64,000 nt of DNA from Eledone cirrhosa (Eukaryota). The translations under genes were made by a program, and so were the position numbers. How positions within the stretch are numbered: the stretch's first letter is position 1; each line of letters begins with the position of its first letter. The notes below the pieces were generated by a model. It did no database searches and was not told the DNA's origin. It saw only the letters and a list, made by a program, of their open reading frames with translations. Below are positions 26,559 through 38,970 of the stretch, one piece after another. The stretch covers positions 288,486,001 through 288,550,000 of the forward strand of contig OZ024743.1 of assembly GCA_964016885.1 (NCBI GenBank), in the 5' to 3' direction.

Positions 26559-28658
26559 ATGGCTACCAAAAAAAAAAAATTTCATACGTCACTCCCACTC
26601 ATTCCGTCTTCTTCTTCCTCAATCATCACTACAGGAGAGAGAAGATTGTCTCTCTCCCTCCCATCTTTAAATGTGTCTCTCTCCCTACCTTCTCTTTCGC
26701 AAGCGACGAAAGAAAAGAAAAGTCTCGTGCAAAGCGTGCAAGGTTTCTCCACGACGACGACGACAGCGACGAAACAGGTGTGCGGGAAATACGAAAACCC
26801 AGTTCATTCGTCTGACGTCAGGAATAATAGCAGTAGCAGCCGTAATAACAACAGCAACAGTGACAATGAAAACAACAGTAGCAGCCGCAACAGCATCACC
26901 AGCAGCATAAACAACAACAGCATTAGCAGCAGCAACACCAACAACAACCACAGCAACAGCGGCGGAGGCAGTAGTCGTAGTACCTGCAGCAACAACAAAA
27001 GTACCAGCAGCTCTGACGACAACAACAACAGCAGAGAAAAACCAATCTCATTTGCAGGTATTGCGAAAAACCTGGAAACAATCCTCATAACAAATGAGGA
27101 ATTAGAGGAAGCGAAGAAGATGGTGACAAAGAACGGACACCGAGCAATCTGCAAGGCAGCGAAAAATTTTTTCGAAACCCAAGAACACTGTACGGTCACG
27201 TACCGTACAGTAAGTACAAAATCCCGTAGGGTGGAAAGAGCCACAGAGGCCCAAATACAAAAAGCCTTGGGGTCTGTGTGGCAGAGGAAAACGCACATCA
27301 CCCGAGGCAAAAAATACGCCACCGTAGACGTACTTTTTGCCACACCCCAGGAGGCAAAGGCCCAATCAGTAGTGACCCTAAGGAGCGAGGAAATGGTGTT
27401 GGTGCCCTCCTACTGCGGGCAAAAAATTGTGAGGGTCAAACTGACCCACGTCCCCCCCGGAATGACCCCTTCTTGGCTGGCCGCGTCTGTCCTCGTCGGA
27501 ATCGAGGACAAAACAACTGTACTGCAAGTACAGAAAAAAGTAAGAGAAGATTGGGTCGGCTCCTCCATTGAGATGCTAATCCAAACCAACCAGGAGTGCA
27601 TCGAAGCTATCCCGGATGTGATAGACTTCGATAACGGCACTCAACTGCCCATAAGTGTTGAGGGCAAACGCCCGAAATGCTTTCGCTGTGGATCGAAGAC
27701 TCACCTCAGGGCCTTCTGCAACGAGAAGACCCTGAGAAAGGAGAAAACCCCCCTCCTCCCGAATCCGGTTCCACGGCTACCAGCAACAGGACAAGCGGCA
27801 ACCAGGAACGATAGGTCCGTGGCACCCATACCCACTCCACGGAAATCAAAGACAGCAGCAGCAGTGGAAATATTAACAACAACAACAGCAATACCAAATG
27901 CAGCTGCAACAGAGACTCCAGTGCAAACATCACCAACAACAACAAGTGAAAGAGTGGAGCTGGTACCCCTCCCCGACCTTACAGAATCAGACATGGAGTG
28001 TGAGGTGGGAGAGGGATGGCAAAAGGTCTCAAGAAGGCACAAACGCAGAAGCAGCGCATCGTCGCCTTTGAAAAGGGAGGAAAGAAATGAGAAAAGGGTA
28101 AAGTCTACTGCAAAGAGACCCACAGCAGCAACACCACCAACACCATCACCACCCACACCAGCACCACCATCACCACCGGCGACAACCCCACCGCCAACAA
28201 CACCTTCAACACCACCACCACAAGCACCAACATCGCAAACACAACAACAAAACACACACACCCAGCAACAACGACAAGAAAATAGCAGAACCACACCCCA
28301 CCCCCAGAAAAACAAATGCACGGCAATAAACACACACAACAAGAAACTAATGACTTACATAATTGAACACACAGACATTTCACAACAGGACTACATAATA
28401 CCAGCACCAATCAAAACGCCAACTAACATAAGACTGCTAAAAATAGCACAGAAACAATACACAAACATTAAAACGAAATTCCCCAACGCAGTTGGTGATT
28501 TCAGGGACCTAGGAGGAACCATTAATCGAAGAGTATATTCAGACATTCTCTTAGAAGAGCCGACGACCAGCCGAAGGGACGATTCAACGGTCCCTTCACC
28601 AGACGATCAAGTGAAAAGGGATGTAAAAACCATCCCTCCTCTACCAAAAATACGGTAA
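26559..28658 (+). CDS. LINE ORF1p, copy 2
   Basis: Translation identical to copy 1. Confidence 0.9.
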   Translation: MATKKKKFHTSLPLIPSSSSSIITTGERRLSLSLPSLNVSLSLPSLSQATKEKKSLVQSVQGFSTTTTTATKQVCGKYENPVHSSDVRNNSSSSRNNNSNSDNENNSSSRNSITSSINNNSISSSNTNNNHSNSGGGSSRSTCSNNKSTSSSDDNNNSREKPISFAGIAKNLETILITNEELEEAKKMVTKNGHRAICKAAKNFFETQEHCTVTYRTVSTKSRRVERATEAQIQKALGSVWQRKTHITRGKKYATVDVLFATPQEAKAQSVVTLRSEEMVLVPSYCGQKIVRVKLTHVPPGMTPSWLAASVLVGIEDKTTVLQVQKKVREDWVGSSIEMLIQTNQECIEAIPDVIDFDNGTQLPISVEGKRPKCFRCGSKTHLRAFCNEKTLRKEKTPLLPNPVPRLPATGQAATRNDRSVAPIPTPRKSKTAAAVEILTTTTAIPNAAATETPVQTSPTTTSERVELVPLPDLTESDMECEVGEGWQKVSRRHKRRSSASSPLKREERNEKRVKSTAKRPTAATPPTPSPPTPAPPSPPATTPPPTTPSTPPPQAPTSQTQQQNTHTQQQRQENSRTTPHPQKNKCTAINTHNKKLMTYIIEHTDISQQDYIIPAPIKTPTNIRLLKIAQKQYTNIKTKFPNAVGDFRDLGGTINRRVYSDILLEEPTTSRRDDSTVPSPDDQVKRDVKTIPPLPKIR

Positions 28659-28693
28659 GTGGTCTTTCCCATCTTTTCCACTCTATTTTAAAC

Positions 28694-31600
28694 ATGACCT
28701 CACTCAGAATAGGCAGCATAAATGCGCGTGGCTTGGGGTCGTCATGGAAGCAGGGTCACCTGCTCAACGACCTCAGGTCACTAAACATAGATGTAGTGGC
28801 CATCAGCGAGACCAGAATCTCCGAAGCACGGGCCTTCGCACCGATCTTCGGCGGCTACGATGTGTACGCATCTCCCAGCCGTCCTGGATCGGGTGGAGGA
28901 GTTGCTGTGCTTTTTCGGAGAGGTTTGGATCTCGCCATACGGGCCATCTTCCTGGACCCAGAGGGTAAGCTGGTGGTGCTGGACGTGACCAGCGGAGACG
29001 GGCAAGCTTTCAGGCTAGTGGCCGTCTATGCCCCGACAGGAGCAGGGCGGCCTGATTTCTTCCGGCGTCTGGAGACCTTTCTTGGAACGTCGCGCTCTTT
29101 AGTGTTAGTGGGCGACTGGAACGGGATCTTAGATGCACGCTGGGACTGTGTGGGATTAGCGGATAGGGGTGGAGGGTGCAAGAGCCTCACCAACCTGCTC
29201 AGGCGTTTTGAACTGTCTGACAGGTACCGATTGGATTTCCCGAATGTGCCAATGTGGACTTGGACAAACCGCATAGGGTCATCCAGATCATATCTAGATA
29301 GAGTATTTTGTAGGGAAATAGATAGGTCTAGCATAGGCTGTCCACAATTCAAGATAGTCAGCTACACGGACCACAAATTCGTGATCTGTGTGCTTGACTT
29401 AGATAGGCTTCATAGACGAGGACCCGGCTACTGGAAGCTAAACGCGTCCTTACCAGCGCGCAAGGCCCACAGAGACCGGATTAGCGAACTAGTTAAGCGG
29501 GCGTTGACGGGGGCCATCGTCAACAACAAGTGGTGGTTTGCTCTGAAAAGAGCGATTAGAATAGAATCGATTAGGTTTAGTAAGGCTTTAGCAATAGAGA
29601 AAAATAGAGCAGAGGGAGAACTAGTTAGAAAATTAGACGAGGCGCTTAGCAAAGGCATTGCGACCGACGTGCTTGCGGCGAAATTGGCCCTTGACCAATT
29701 CTTCAATGCAAAGCACGAAGGCTGCGTTGTCAGAGCTAGGGTGCGTGCTCTCAGACACGAGGGGACGAAAGCCGTTCAATGGGCCCGAGTGGCGGAGGCG
29801 CGTCGTGGCAACAAAGCCACGATCCGGTCTTTGGTGGACCACGACGGGCGCATGCTACTCGATCCCGGGCAAATGTGTGAAGCTTTTCAGCGACACTTCG
29901 CTCAGCTGTTCGGGGGCAGCGGGGGGCCGGGTAGAGGGATGGACTTTAGTGTCTACCTCGACGGACTGCCGCGGCTCTCGGCCACTGAGGCGAAGTGTTG
30001 CGAAAAGCCGATAACAGCCGCTGAAGTAAGGGAGGCAATTACTGGCTGCACAAGGGGTAAATCGCCTGGTTTGGATGGTCTGCCCTATGAACTTTACGTA
30101 CAGATGCCAGACTTGTTCGGAGGCCTCTTGGCGGACGTCTACTGCAACTGGCAACAGAACGGGAGAATTCCCAGTTCTGTGAGCCGAGGAGCGGTGGCAC
30201 TGCTGAGAAAGGATCCGAACAAGGGGGATAACATAGACAATTTCCGGCCCATAACTCTGCTAAACACAGAGTTTAAGATTTTGGCCAAGGTGCTAGCAAA
30301 GAGGTTGGCGCTTGTCGTTGGTGGTCTGGTGGGAGAGGCGCAGACATGCGCCATTCCCGACAGATCCATCCACGACAACCTCCACCTCATGCGATACATC
30401 GTAGAGAGGGTAGCTAGGGAACCTGGCACGGGTGGGTCCTTGATCAATTTAGATCAGTCGAAAGCTTTCGATAGGGTCGACCATCGTTACCTAGCGGCAG
30501 TCCTGAGGGCGGCTGGCTTTGGGCCCGTCTTCAGAGGCTGGATCGCTGCCATGCACAGCGACATCTGCTCTGTGGTGAGAGTGAACGGTCACCTGTCGGA
30601 ACCGTTCAACATCATGCGCTCGGTCCGCCAAGGATGTCCCCTCTCGTCCCTCTTGTACGTATTGACTCTCGAGCCATTACTGCACAAACTGGAGACGTTG
30701 AGGGGAGTCCCGCGCGAACTAGGATGCGGAAGATCCGTGTCAGCATATGCGGACGATGTCACCGTAGTGGTGTCGAACGCCAAACACATCGAGGCGATCG
30801 GCACTACACTAAGAGAATACGAAGCGGTGACAGGAGCAATGATCAACCAGGAAAAGTCAGTGGGCCTGCAGCTCGGCACCTGGAGAGGCAGGTCCATGCC
30901 GTCCAACAGCGTCGTCGGGCGCTGGACGGACGGACCGGTTAAATTGCTAGGGGTCTGGTTCGGTCCGGACCTCCAGACGGACAAAAACTGGGACGAGGTG
31001 ACGAGCAGGGTGGCTTCTCTCACCCAGAAATGGGCGGAGAGGAAGCTATCCCTGAAAGGTCGAGCGGAGGTGGCTAACGCGTACATCGCGTCTGTCATCT
31101 GCTACCGCCTAACCGTCGTACCTTGTCCTAAGCCTCGCCTGACTGCGCTGGAGCGTTTGCTCTTTCGCTTTTTGTGGAAGGGACGTGCTCCGATGGTCAG
31201 GCGGTCCATCTGTTGTCAACACCCGCTACGTGGAGGGCTGGGCATGCCGTGGCTGATGATGCGCAGGCACGCGCTCAGGCTACGACATCTCCACCTCTTC
31301 CTCGACGGTGATCAGGTGTGGTCGCCGTTTGCTAGACGCGTTTTTCCCCAGCTCGTTTCCTTGACGGAGCTGCAGTCCTGGGTCAAGCGAAGACCGAGAG
31401 GGAGCGCCTGGAGACTGGAATGTCTTCAGGCGCTCACAGCCCTCGACCAATCGGGCAATGTGATCGGTGGAAACTCCACCTCGGCGTTCTATAGAGGATT
31501 AGTGGAGGGGAAGAGCGACGACGTACTTGGGGAAACTCTAGGCGTCGACGAAAATCAACTAGCCAATCTCTTCGGAAGAACCTTCGGGCCAGGGCCTATG

Positions 31601-32113
31601 GACAACTTCCAGAAATCTCTGGCCTGGCAGTGCTACCGAGGAGCCTTGCCAGTTCGGGATAAACTCTACAGGCATGGAGGTGCCGTCAGCCGGGCATGTC
31701 CGAGATGCGCGCAGGGCGACGAAACCGTCCTGCACGCACTCGTCCAGTGTCCGAAAATTGCTGACTTGTGGGTTTATGTCGAACACCTGCTGTCGCGTTT
31801 AGGACGGATCCAGCTATCATCTGAGTCTATCGTGAGGATTGCCCCGCCCTCCTCCTTTAGCCGGGAAGGGCAGGCAGTTTTTATCTGTCTGGTGGCCATG
31901 GCGAAAGAGATAGTATGGTGGACACGTTTGAAAGGGCTGAAGACGAGCACTTACCTCTTCGGTGATGCTCTGATTGACTTTTTCAAATTTCATTTGAAAA
32001 GGAAAATCAGAGTAGAGAAGGAAGTGCTCTCTTCCCAGCATTTTGTTGAAAGATGGGTGAGAGAAGCAAGAATGGCCCGAGTGAATGGGCCGACTCTGAG
32101 TATATATCTGTAA
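28694..32113 (+). CDS. LINE ORF2p, copy 2
   Basis: 1139 aa; differs from copy 1 by Y>H and M>I. Confidence 0.97.
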   Translation: MTSLRIGSINARGLGSSWKQGHLLNDLRSLNIDVVAISETRISEARAFAPIFGGYDVYASPSRPGSGGGVAVLFRRGLDLAIRAIFLDPEGKLVVLDVTSGDGQAFRLVAVYAPTGAGRPDFFRRLETFLGTSRSLVLVGDWNGILDARWDCVGLADRGGGCKSLTNLLRRFELSDRYRLDFPNVPMWTWTNRIGSSRSYLDRVFCREIDRSSIGCPQFKIVSYTDHKFVICVLDLDRLHRRGPGYWKLNASLPARKAHRDRISELVKRALTGAIVNNKWWFALKRAIRIESIRFSKALAIEKNRAEGELVRKLDEALSKGIATDVLAAKLALDQFFNAKHEGCVVRARVRALRHEGTKAVQWARVAEARRGNKATIRSLVDHDGRMLLDPGQMCEAFQRHFAQLFGGSGGPGRGMDFSVYLDGLPRLSATEAKCCEKPITAAEVREAITGCTRGKSPGLDGLPYELYVQMPDLFGGLLADVYCNWQQNGRIPSSVSRGAVALLRKDPNKGDNIDNFRPITLLNTEFKILAKVLAKRLALVVGGLVGEAQTCAIPDRSIHDNLHLMRYIVERVAREPGTGGSLINLDQSKAFDRVDHRYLAAVLRAAGFGPVFRGWIAAMHSDICSVVRVNGHLSEPFNIMRSVRQGCPLSSLLYVLTLEPLLHKLETLRGVPRELGCGRSVSAYADDVTVVVSNAKHIEAIGTTLREYEAVTGAMINQEKSVGLQLGTWRGRSMPSNSVVGRWTDGPVKLLGVWFGPDLQTDKNWDEVTSRVASLTQKWAERKLSLKGRAEVANAYIASVICYRLTVVPCPKPRLTALERLLFRFLWKGRAPMVRRSICCQHPLRGGLGMPWLMMRRHALRLRHLHLFLDGDQVWSPFARRVFPQLVSLTELQSWVKRRPRGSAWRLECLQALTALDQSGNVIGGNSTSAFYRGLVEGKSDDVLGETLGVDENQLANLFGRTFGPGPMDNFQKSLAWQCYRGALPVRDKLYRHGGAVSRACPRCAQGDETVLHALVQCPKIADLWVYVEHLLSRLGRIQLSSESIVRIAPPSSFSREGQAVFICLVAMAKEIVWWTRLKGLKTSTYLFGDALIDFFKFHLKRKIRVEKEVLSSQHFVERWVREARMARVNGPTLSIYL

Positions 32114-32374
32114 ACTAAAGGTGGAAAACTGGGAGAGGGCACTTGCCTTGGTGGTCAGGGTCATTGTGGCTTTTTACTGGGCTTTCTCCACAAATGTCCC
32201 TCCGAAGTCTCCCCCCTATTGGGGAATTTTTCATTGTTATTTTCATTGTTATTTTTGTTACATCCTCTATTTTTGTTTTTTTTACACGCAGAAATGCCCA
32301 TTTGTACCGTCCTGCATTGTCCTGCACTGTCCTTAATGTCTACTTTATGTAAACCCTTGTGGTTAATAAAGAAA

Positions 32375-32453
<79 letters not shown>

Positions 32454-32704
32454 TAGTTTTAGTAGTAGTAGTTATGTAACAGTTATTTCTACAATATTTA
32501 CATCGAATTCTCAGTAAATAATGTTTAATTTTTCGTTAGTATAAACACCTGCAATAGAAATGTCTCGGCTGCATTCCCAGACGCTTTCTTACATATTTCA
32601 TTCAACACTTCACATATCTATCCATCTATCTACGATCCACTTATCTGTTTGTATATTTCTTTACTTGATTACCAATCTTTCTCTCTGTCTCATCTCTCTC
32701 TCTG

Positions 32705-32787
<83 letters not shown>

Positions 32788-32966
32788 CTTTCTCTCTCAC
32801 CCCCTCTCTCTTTATATATATTGTACCAAGAAATATTTCAAAGTAAATCCTGTGGTGGGTTTACGTATAATTTTATTGCCTATTTAAAATTTTGGATGTA
32901 AATGAAAAGAAAACATATTGGTTTTCCTTTAATCTGCTTAAGTCAACGATAACATACACAAATACG

Positions 32967-33035
<69 letters not shown>

Positions 33036-33609
33036 GTGTGTGTCTGTATGTCTGTCTGTATGTAGCTTAGTAGAGTCCATCAATCAGGCTTCCAAACAGT
33101 CTCCGTCTATTCAATTTCACTCACATGGCTCGCATCGACTCGAGGCTATGGTATATGTCGTTTGCCCGGATGACACGCACTGGACTCAAACCCGCGGTTT
33201 GACTGGTTCTGCATTTATCGACCGCTAATGGGAAGAACGACAAAGTTGACTTCAGTGGAATTTGAACCCAGAAAAGCGAGAACCAGAACAAAAATCGTAT
33301 AGGTCATAATCCAGAGCTCGGTTTGGGTTACAAGTGCCTGCAAAATAGTCAGTCATTTATGTCACATTGTATTGAGAGGCAGATATTTTGTTTGAAGCCT
33401 ATCGGGCGGTTTGTACATGCAAATCAAAGGTACGGTTTTTCTAAAACTGCTGATTCTACCTAAAGTTTCAGTGAAGATGTGTTCGGAATTATTACCTATT
33501 GGGACAATAATTCAATATGTAGGTGGGCCATCGATTGAAATACATAAATATTTATCATCAAAACGGATCTATTATTCTATTTTCCTTCTTTCTATATATT
33601 TGAAAGAAT

Positions 33610-33940
33610 AGACGCAGTATGGCCGATGTGTTAAGGACTTTGTTTGCTATCATAAAGTATGGATATCGATCCTACAGCGTGGCATGTTGGGCAAGTATCA
33701 TTTAATCGTTCTTAGATTCGACCTATGCCATGTGAATGAAATTGTGCAGATAGAAGCTGTTTGAAATGTCATCGTATGTAATAGAAAATATCAACCATCT
33801 AAAACACTATGTAACACGGAATCTCCCTGAGGATTATTGTAAAGAGCATACGTGTCCGTGATATATTCAACCACGTGCAATTTAATTTCATGAGTAGGCT
33901 GATCCACTGGAAGATTCACTCTCCAAACCAACGGAAGTCA
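33610..33940 (+). mobile_element. Old tRNA-derived SINE (family B, CORE-like)
   Basis: tggccgatgtgttaagg head, tcgatcc B-box remnant, ttgggcaag core; similar to copies at 34388, 52597, 56415 and 61240. Confidence 0.5.
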
Positions 33941-34297
33941 ATTCTATTCCAAATTTGAAAGCTAAAAATGGCAACCCAATACGTCAGAGGGAATCGAATC
34001 CGATAGCCTTCGTTACGGTGGTAGACATGCTGAAAGTTACAGCTGGATAATATAATCAGGCATTCGCGTATTTTCGAATTAGGCATACATATGTTTACAC
34101 ATAAAAGTAAATGTATCTAATAATTATAAAGTAATTAATAAGTTACTTAGGTAATACAAGTACTGATTACATGGGAGAGAAATATAAGAGTTTAAGGTAA
34201 ATCTAATACGTTGAAATCTACAATATGTAAATTACATATAGAAATACATAAATGTATACATATGTATATCAATCTATCTAGCTAGATAGATAGCTAT

Positions 34298-34387
<90 letters not shown>

Positions 34388-34391
<4 letters not shown>

Positions 34392-34560
34392 GTTAGAGAA
34401 TTGGATTCGCAATCGTGAGGTTTTGAGTTCGATTCCCTGACCGGGCGAGCAAGACACTTTATTTCACGTGGCTCCTTCTACCTGGAGTTGCGACAGATAG
34501 ATAGTATTAGCAATTGGAAAGACCAACGGAAACATTGTTTCCTCGGTCCGATTTGACGAA
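34388..34560 (+). mobile_element. SINE family B fragment
   Basis: gagttcgattcc B-box followed by gagcaagacactttatttcac. Confidence 0.65.
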
Positions 34561-34685
34561 AGTCAATCAACTGTCGATATATATATAAGGAAAGAAAATG
34601 CAACTGGAGTCATGTGAGTGTGTGTCTGTCTTTGCCTGGTCGTACGTTTACTGATTCGACAAAGAGAGGTCGATAAAATAAAAAA

Positions 34686-35042
34686 ATTGTTTCTACTTTT
34701 GGCACAAGGCCAGAAATTATCCCAGTGTATTACTGGTACTTTATTATATTGACCCCATAAGGATGAAAGGCAGAAAGGCAAAGTTAACCTCGGCGGGATT
34801 TGAACTCAGACCATACAGGGCCGTAACTCTTTGCTGCAAAATAAATAATAACTCGATAAAATAAATAATTGTTTCTACTTTTGGCACAAGGCCAGCAAAC
34901 ATCCAGTGCATTACTGGTACTTTATTTTATCGACCCTGTAAGGATGAAAGGCAAAGTTAACCTCAGCGGGATTTGAACTCAGACCATAAAGGGCCGTAAG
35001 TCTTTGCTGCAAAGCATGGCGTCCGACCCTCTAGCGATACTC
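34686..35042 (-). mobile_element. Two adjacent SINE family A copies
   Basis: Reverse-complement copies at ~34686-34840 and ~34867-35042, separated by repeated tcgataaaataaa. Confidence 0.85.
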
Positions 35043-35331
35043 GATAAAATAAATAATAACTCTAATGTCGATATGATCGTTGAATTTTCTTTGACACATT
35101 ACTCCAATAGGGCGAGAGTGTGGTGATGGTATAAAAATAGGAAATTAATAGATTAAATGAACAGTCAGACACACATACACACACGCACACACATATATAT
35201 ATATATATGTATATACTTATATATTCATCATATGAATATATATTATACAGGGTAGATCACAAATCAGAATAGTACTCGATTAATGGTGGGACGTAATGAG
35301 AGAAAGATTCGATCGAGAGCTCGGGTGGTTT

Positions 35332-35393
<62 letters not shown>

Positions 35394-35432
35394 GATATTA
35401 ACAAATGGAAACTATATTTATAAAACCATATT

Positions 35433-35497
35433 TATTTCATTATACATATTTCAAGAACACCAAGTTAAATAATGGTGTGCTTTCATCAGATAAAATA
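35433..35497 (-). ncRNA. Type I hammerhead ribozyme motif, intact core
   Basis: Minus strand tattttat CTGATGA aag-acacca..tggtgt-ctt GAAA tatgta TA atgaaata. Confidence 0.75.
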
Positions 35498-35605
35498 TAA
35501 TATAGAACAGTTTTATAAATAAATATTGACATACCCTTAAATAATGCAATCATTACTGTTGGAAGCTCCCGATTTAAATAGAACTTTTACATATATATAT
35601 ATATA

Positions 35606-35712
35606 AGTTATCCCGGGTTCAATCGGGGGTAACCACAGTGTAGAGTATAAATGTTTAATATAGAAAAACTTCTACAGGACTAGATCTGTTTCATTCGTGA
35701 GAAATCATCATA
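35606..35712. mobile_element. Relative of the 2005-2140 element with the hammerhead inverted and mutated
   Basis: ccgggttcaatcgggggtaaccacagt matches ~2011-2037; minus strand ATGATGA tttctcacgaat GAAA cagatctagtcctg TA gaa. Confidence 0.65.
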
Positions 35713-35776
35713 AATATATATACATATACATATATATTTGTTTTGCAAGGTTTTTGATATGAAATCCTGTGTCGAA

Positions 35777-35900
35777 ACAAATATTATTATTTCTGGCAAT
35801 ATTATTACAACAATATGACCCTCCCCAAGTATATATATATATATATACTTGGGGAGGGTCATATTGTTGTAATAATATTGCCAGAAATAATAATATTTGT
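35777..35900. repeat. Perfect 124-bp palindrome centred on (TA)n
   Basis: 54-bp arms at 35777-35830 and 35847-35900; related sequence at ~5611-5675. Confidence 0.9.
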
Positions 35901-36828
35901 AATATATATATATATTTATTAATTAAAATAACAGATTAAAGTTTAAGCAAAGAATCGCTGCTTTCACCTTAACGGGATCTTCTGTTATATATTTATCCTT
36001 ATCGAGCCCTCTTTGGATTTTAGTTTTCACATTTATTATTATTACTATATATATATAGTAATATATATATATGTATGTGTATGTATAGTGTACTTAACAT
36101 TTAAGGGATACCTAAGCATACAATATATGTGTAATAAACTTGTACATGTGTCTGTGTATGTGTAACTGTATGCATGTATCTGTGTATGTGTAACTGTATG
36201 CATGTGTATGCGTAACTGTATACTTGCATGTTGTATGTATGTAAACCAAGGGATGTTTAGCAAATATACCATTGTGTTAATTGTATGAATGTGTAGAATA
36301 AGATGCGTAGGGAGTAGTAGAGAGTGAGGAGTAAGGAAGAGGTGGAGAGAGTGAGAGAGCTAAGGATAGGGAAGGGAAAAGGAGGAATAGGAGGAGGAGA
36401 AATAACAAATTGGGCGGAGGAGGCACTGGTAGGTGGGATCAAATTAGTGGCACTCAAGTGTAGCACTTACATTTGATATATTGACGTGGGAGAGCCGATG
36501 GATGTGGTAGTGGTTTGGGTTGTGGTGGTGGTAGCGGCGGGTGTGGCTCTGCTCGTGATGGTATATGTGGAGACGGTGATGGTGGTGGTGGTAGGGAGCC
36601 AGGCGGTGACGGTGGTTGTGGTAGTGTGTGGGTAATGTTAGGTGATATTAGTGGTGATGGTGGTGATGGTGGTGGATGCTCTTCCTGAATGATTTAAAGA
36701 GGTTGTGTGATCTAGATGACAGGGTGTAGTGGGGCTCATAGAAAACAGGAGAAAGGAAGACTGGTTGTTTTTATGTTATTTAGCCAGTGCGTTTTTGTGT
36801 GTATGTATATATGTGTGTGTGTGCATGC

Positions 36829-36882
<54 letters not shown>

Positions 36883-37026
36883 GTCTGTATGTATGTATAT
36901 TTACACACATACGCAGAGATAGACGATATTACACACAAATGTTTTCTTTATTTAAAATTAGGCATCCCTACGTATTTTGTCATCATTCTTTCTTTCTATT
37001 TACCTGTCTGCTTAACTATCAACCAC

Positions 37027-37089
<63 letters not shown>

Positions 37090-37285
37090 GTCTGTCTGTC
37101 TGTACATCTGTCTTTCTCTCAATCACTCTCTCAATCCATGTCTCCTCTCTACCCCCTATCTATCTATTTATCTATACCCTATATATATGATGGCGACTCG
37201 AATAGACCTGTTTTCTCTAAGAAACTCTTCTTCCCTTCTGCCACTGCCCGATCTCCTCCATTTTTCTATTTCTTCACACACACAT

Positions 37286-37347
<62 letters not shown>

Positions 37348-37397
37348 GAGTACTCTGGTGCGTTATGGTCCACCTGGTTTCTTACTACACTTTGTTG

Positions 37398-37456
<59 letters not shown>

Positions 37457-37593
37457 CAAAAGGGATATTTAATTTGTTGGTAATTCAACAAATATATATA
37501 TTTATAACTGATTCGAAGCACTCGACAAGTTTTCTGGAGTATAATATCAATGATATTAAATAAATGGAAACTATATTTATAAAACAAACTTTC

Positions 37594-37654
37594 TATTTTA
37601 TCTGATGAGAGCGTACCAAAGTTTTGGTATCCTTGAAATATATATAATAGAATA
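37594..37654 (+). ncRNA. Type I hammerhead ribozyme motif, intact core, inside an inverted repeat
   Basis: tattttat CTGATGA gag-gtaccaa-agtt-ttggtat-ctt GAAA tatata TA atagaata; IR at 37559-37585 / 37661-37687. Confidence 0.8.
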
Positions 37655-37937
37655 AATATGGTTTTATAAATATAGTTTCCATTTATTAATAACATTGTTA
37701 TATGTATATACATATATAGTGAAAGATTGAATAGTAAGATGGTCATCTGTACAAAGAGGGCTTTATTTACAGCAATAACAATTGTTTCATTGATCAGGTG
37801 TGTCTAAAGGTCGCTGATCACTCGAAATTGCGTCACTCGAGACAGTGTGTGTCCCTGATCAAATGATCAGAATACTGGGAATTATATATATATGTATTCG
37901 CGCGAGTGTGTGTGTCTGTGTTTGTGTTTGTGTATAG

Positions 37938-38128
37938 ATAATTGTTTCTACTTTTAGCACAAGGCCAGCAATTATCACAGTGTATTACTGGTACTTTATT
38001 TTATCGACCCCGTAAGGATGAAAGGCAAAGTTAACCTCGGCGGGATTTGAACTCATATCGTAAAGGGCCGTAACTCTTTGCTGCAAAGCATGGCGTCTGA
38101 CTCTCTACCGATACTGCCAATCCACCGC
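37938..38128 (-). mobile_element. SINE family A
   Basis: Full-length reverse-complement copy. Confidence 0.9.
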
Positions 38129-38764
38129 CATGTTTGTGTAAAGATAATGTAAACAAGGCAGAAGTCAGATATATGTAGTTAATTAGTACATTTTACGATC
38201 GTTTCAGAGGTTCGATTGATGTCCAACCAAACCCTACCAACAACACATTGGGTTTCTAAGTTCCTGTGTTTACGTTTAGTCTTTCTTTAATTTCATGTTG
38301 TCAGCGCCGGATTAGGTTAGTTGGGTCCTGTAACATATACTATAAATGGGTTTATAATATAGAAAAAAACTCACACATGACATAGATGTTAAAAGCATTG
38401 TAGTATATAGCGATTAGGGCGTAACTAAATTTTAGTTGTTGCTTTTTTGTTTTTGTTGTTACTTTTTTGTTGCTGGTGTTGTTGCTGGTGTTGTAGCTCA
38501 TGGTGTTGTTGCTGGTATTCCTTATTTTATTTTTGTTGTTTGCTACTGTGGTCATTGTTGATGTCGTTGTGGTCAGTGTTGTCAGTTTTGTTCTACATGT
38601 TGTTTTGCTGTTCATTTTGTTATGGAAGATGATGATGTTTGTGCTTTGTGATTGCGTTACGCGTTTTTCTCGTGGTTGCTGTTGTTGTTGTTGTTTTCTT
38701 GTTATTGCTTTTGCTGTAGTGTTGTTAATGTTTCTTTTTTGTTTTTATTACTGTTTTTGTTAGG

Positions 38765-38970
38765 GCAGCGGATTGGCAGTATCGGTAGGGCGTCGGACAT
38801 CATGCTTTGCATCAAAGAGTTACGGCCCTTTATGATCTAAGTTCAAATCCCGCCTAGGTTTCATCCTTACGGGATCGATAAAATAAAGTACCAGTAATGC
38901 ACTGGGTCGATGTACTCGACTTTCCACTCCCCCAAAATTGCTGGCCTTGTGCCTATAGAAGCAACCATTT
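38765..38970 (+). mobile_element. SINE family A
   Basis: Head, core and tail match. Confidence 0.85.

Larger units (their letters stand above)
19172..32376. repeat. 6602-bp near-identical tandem duplication
   Basis: All ORFs are offset by 6602; visible differences at 22208/28810, 22866/29468, 22967/29569 and 23438/30040. Confidence 0.97.
26346..32376 (+). mobile_element. Full-length L1/Tx1-clade LINE, copy 2
   Basis: As copy 1; followed by (TTA)n then (GTA)n. Confidence 0.95.
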
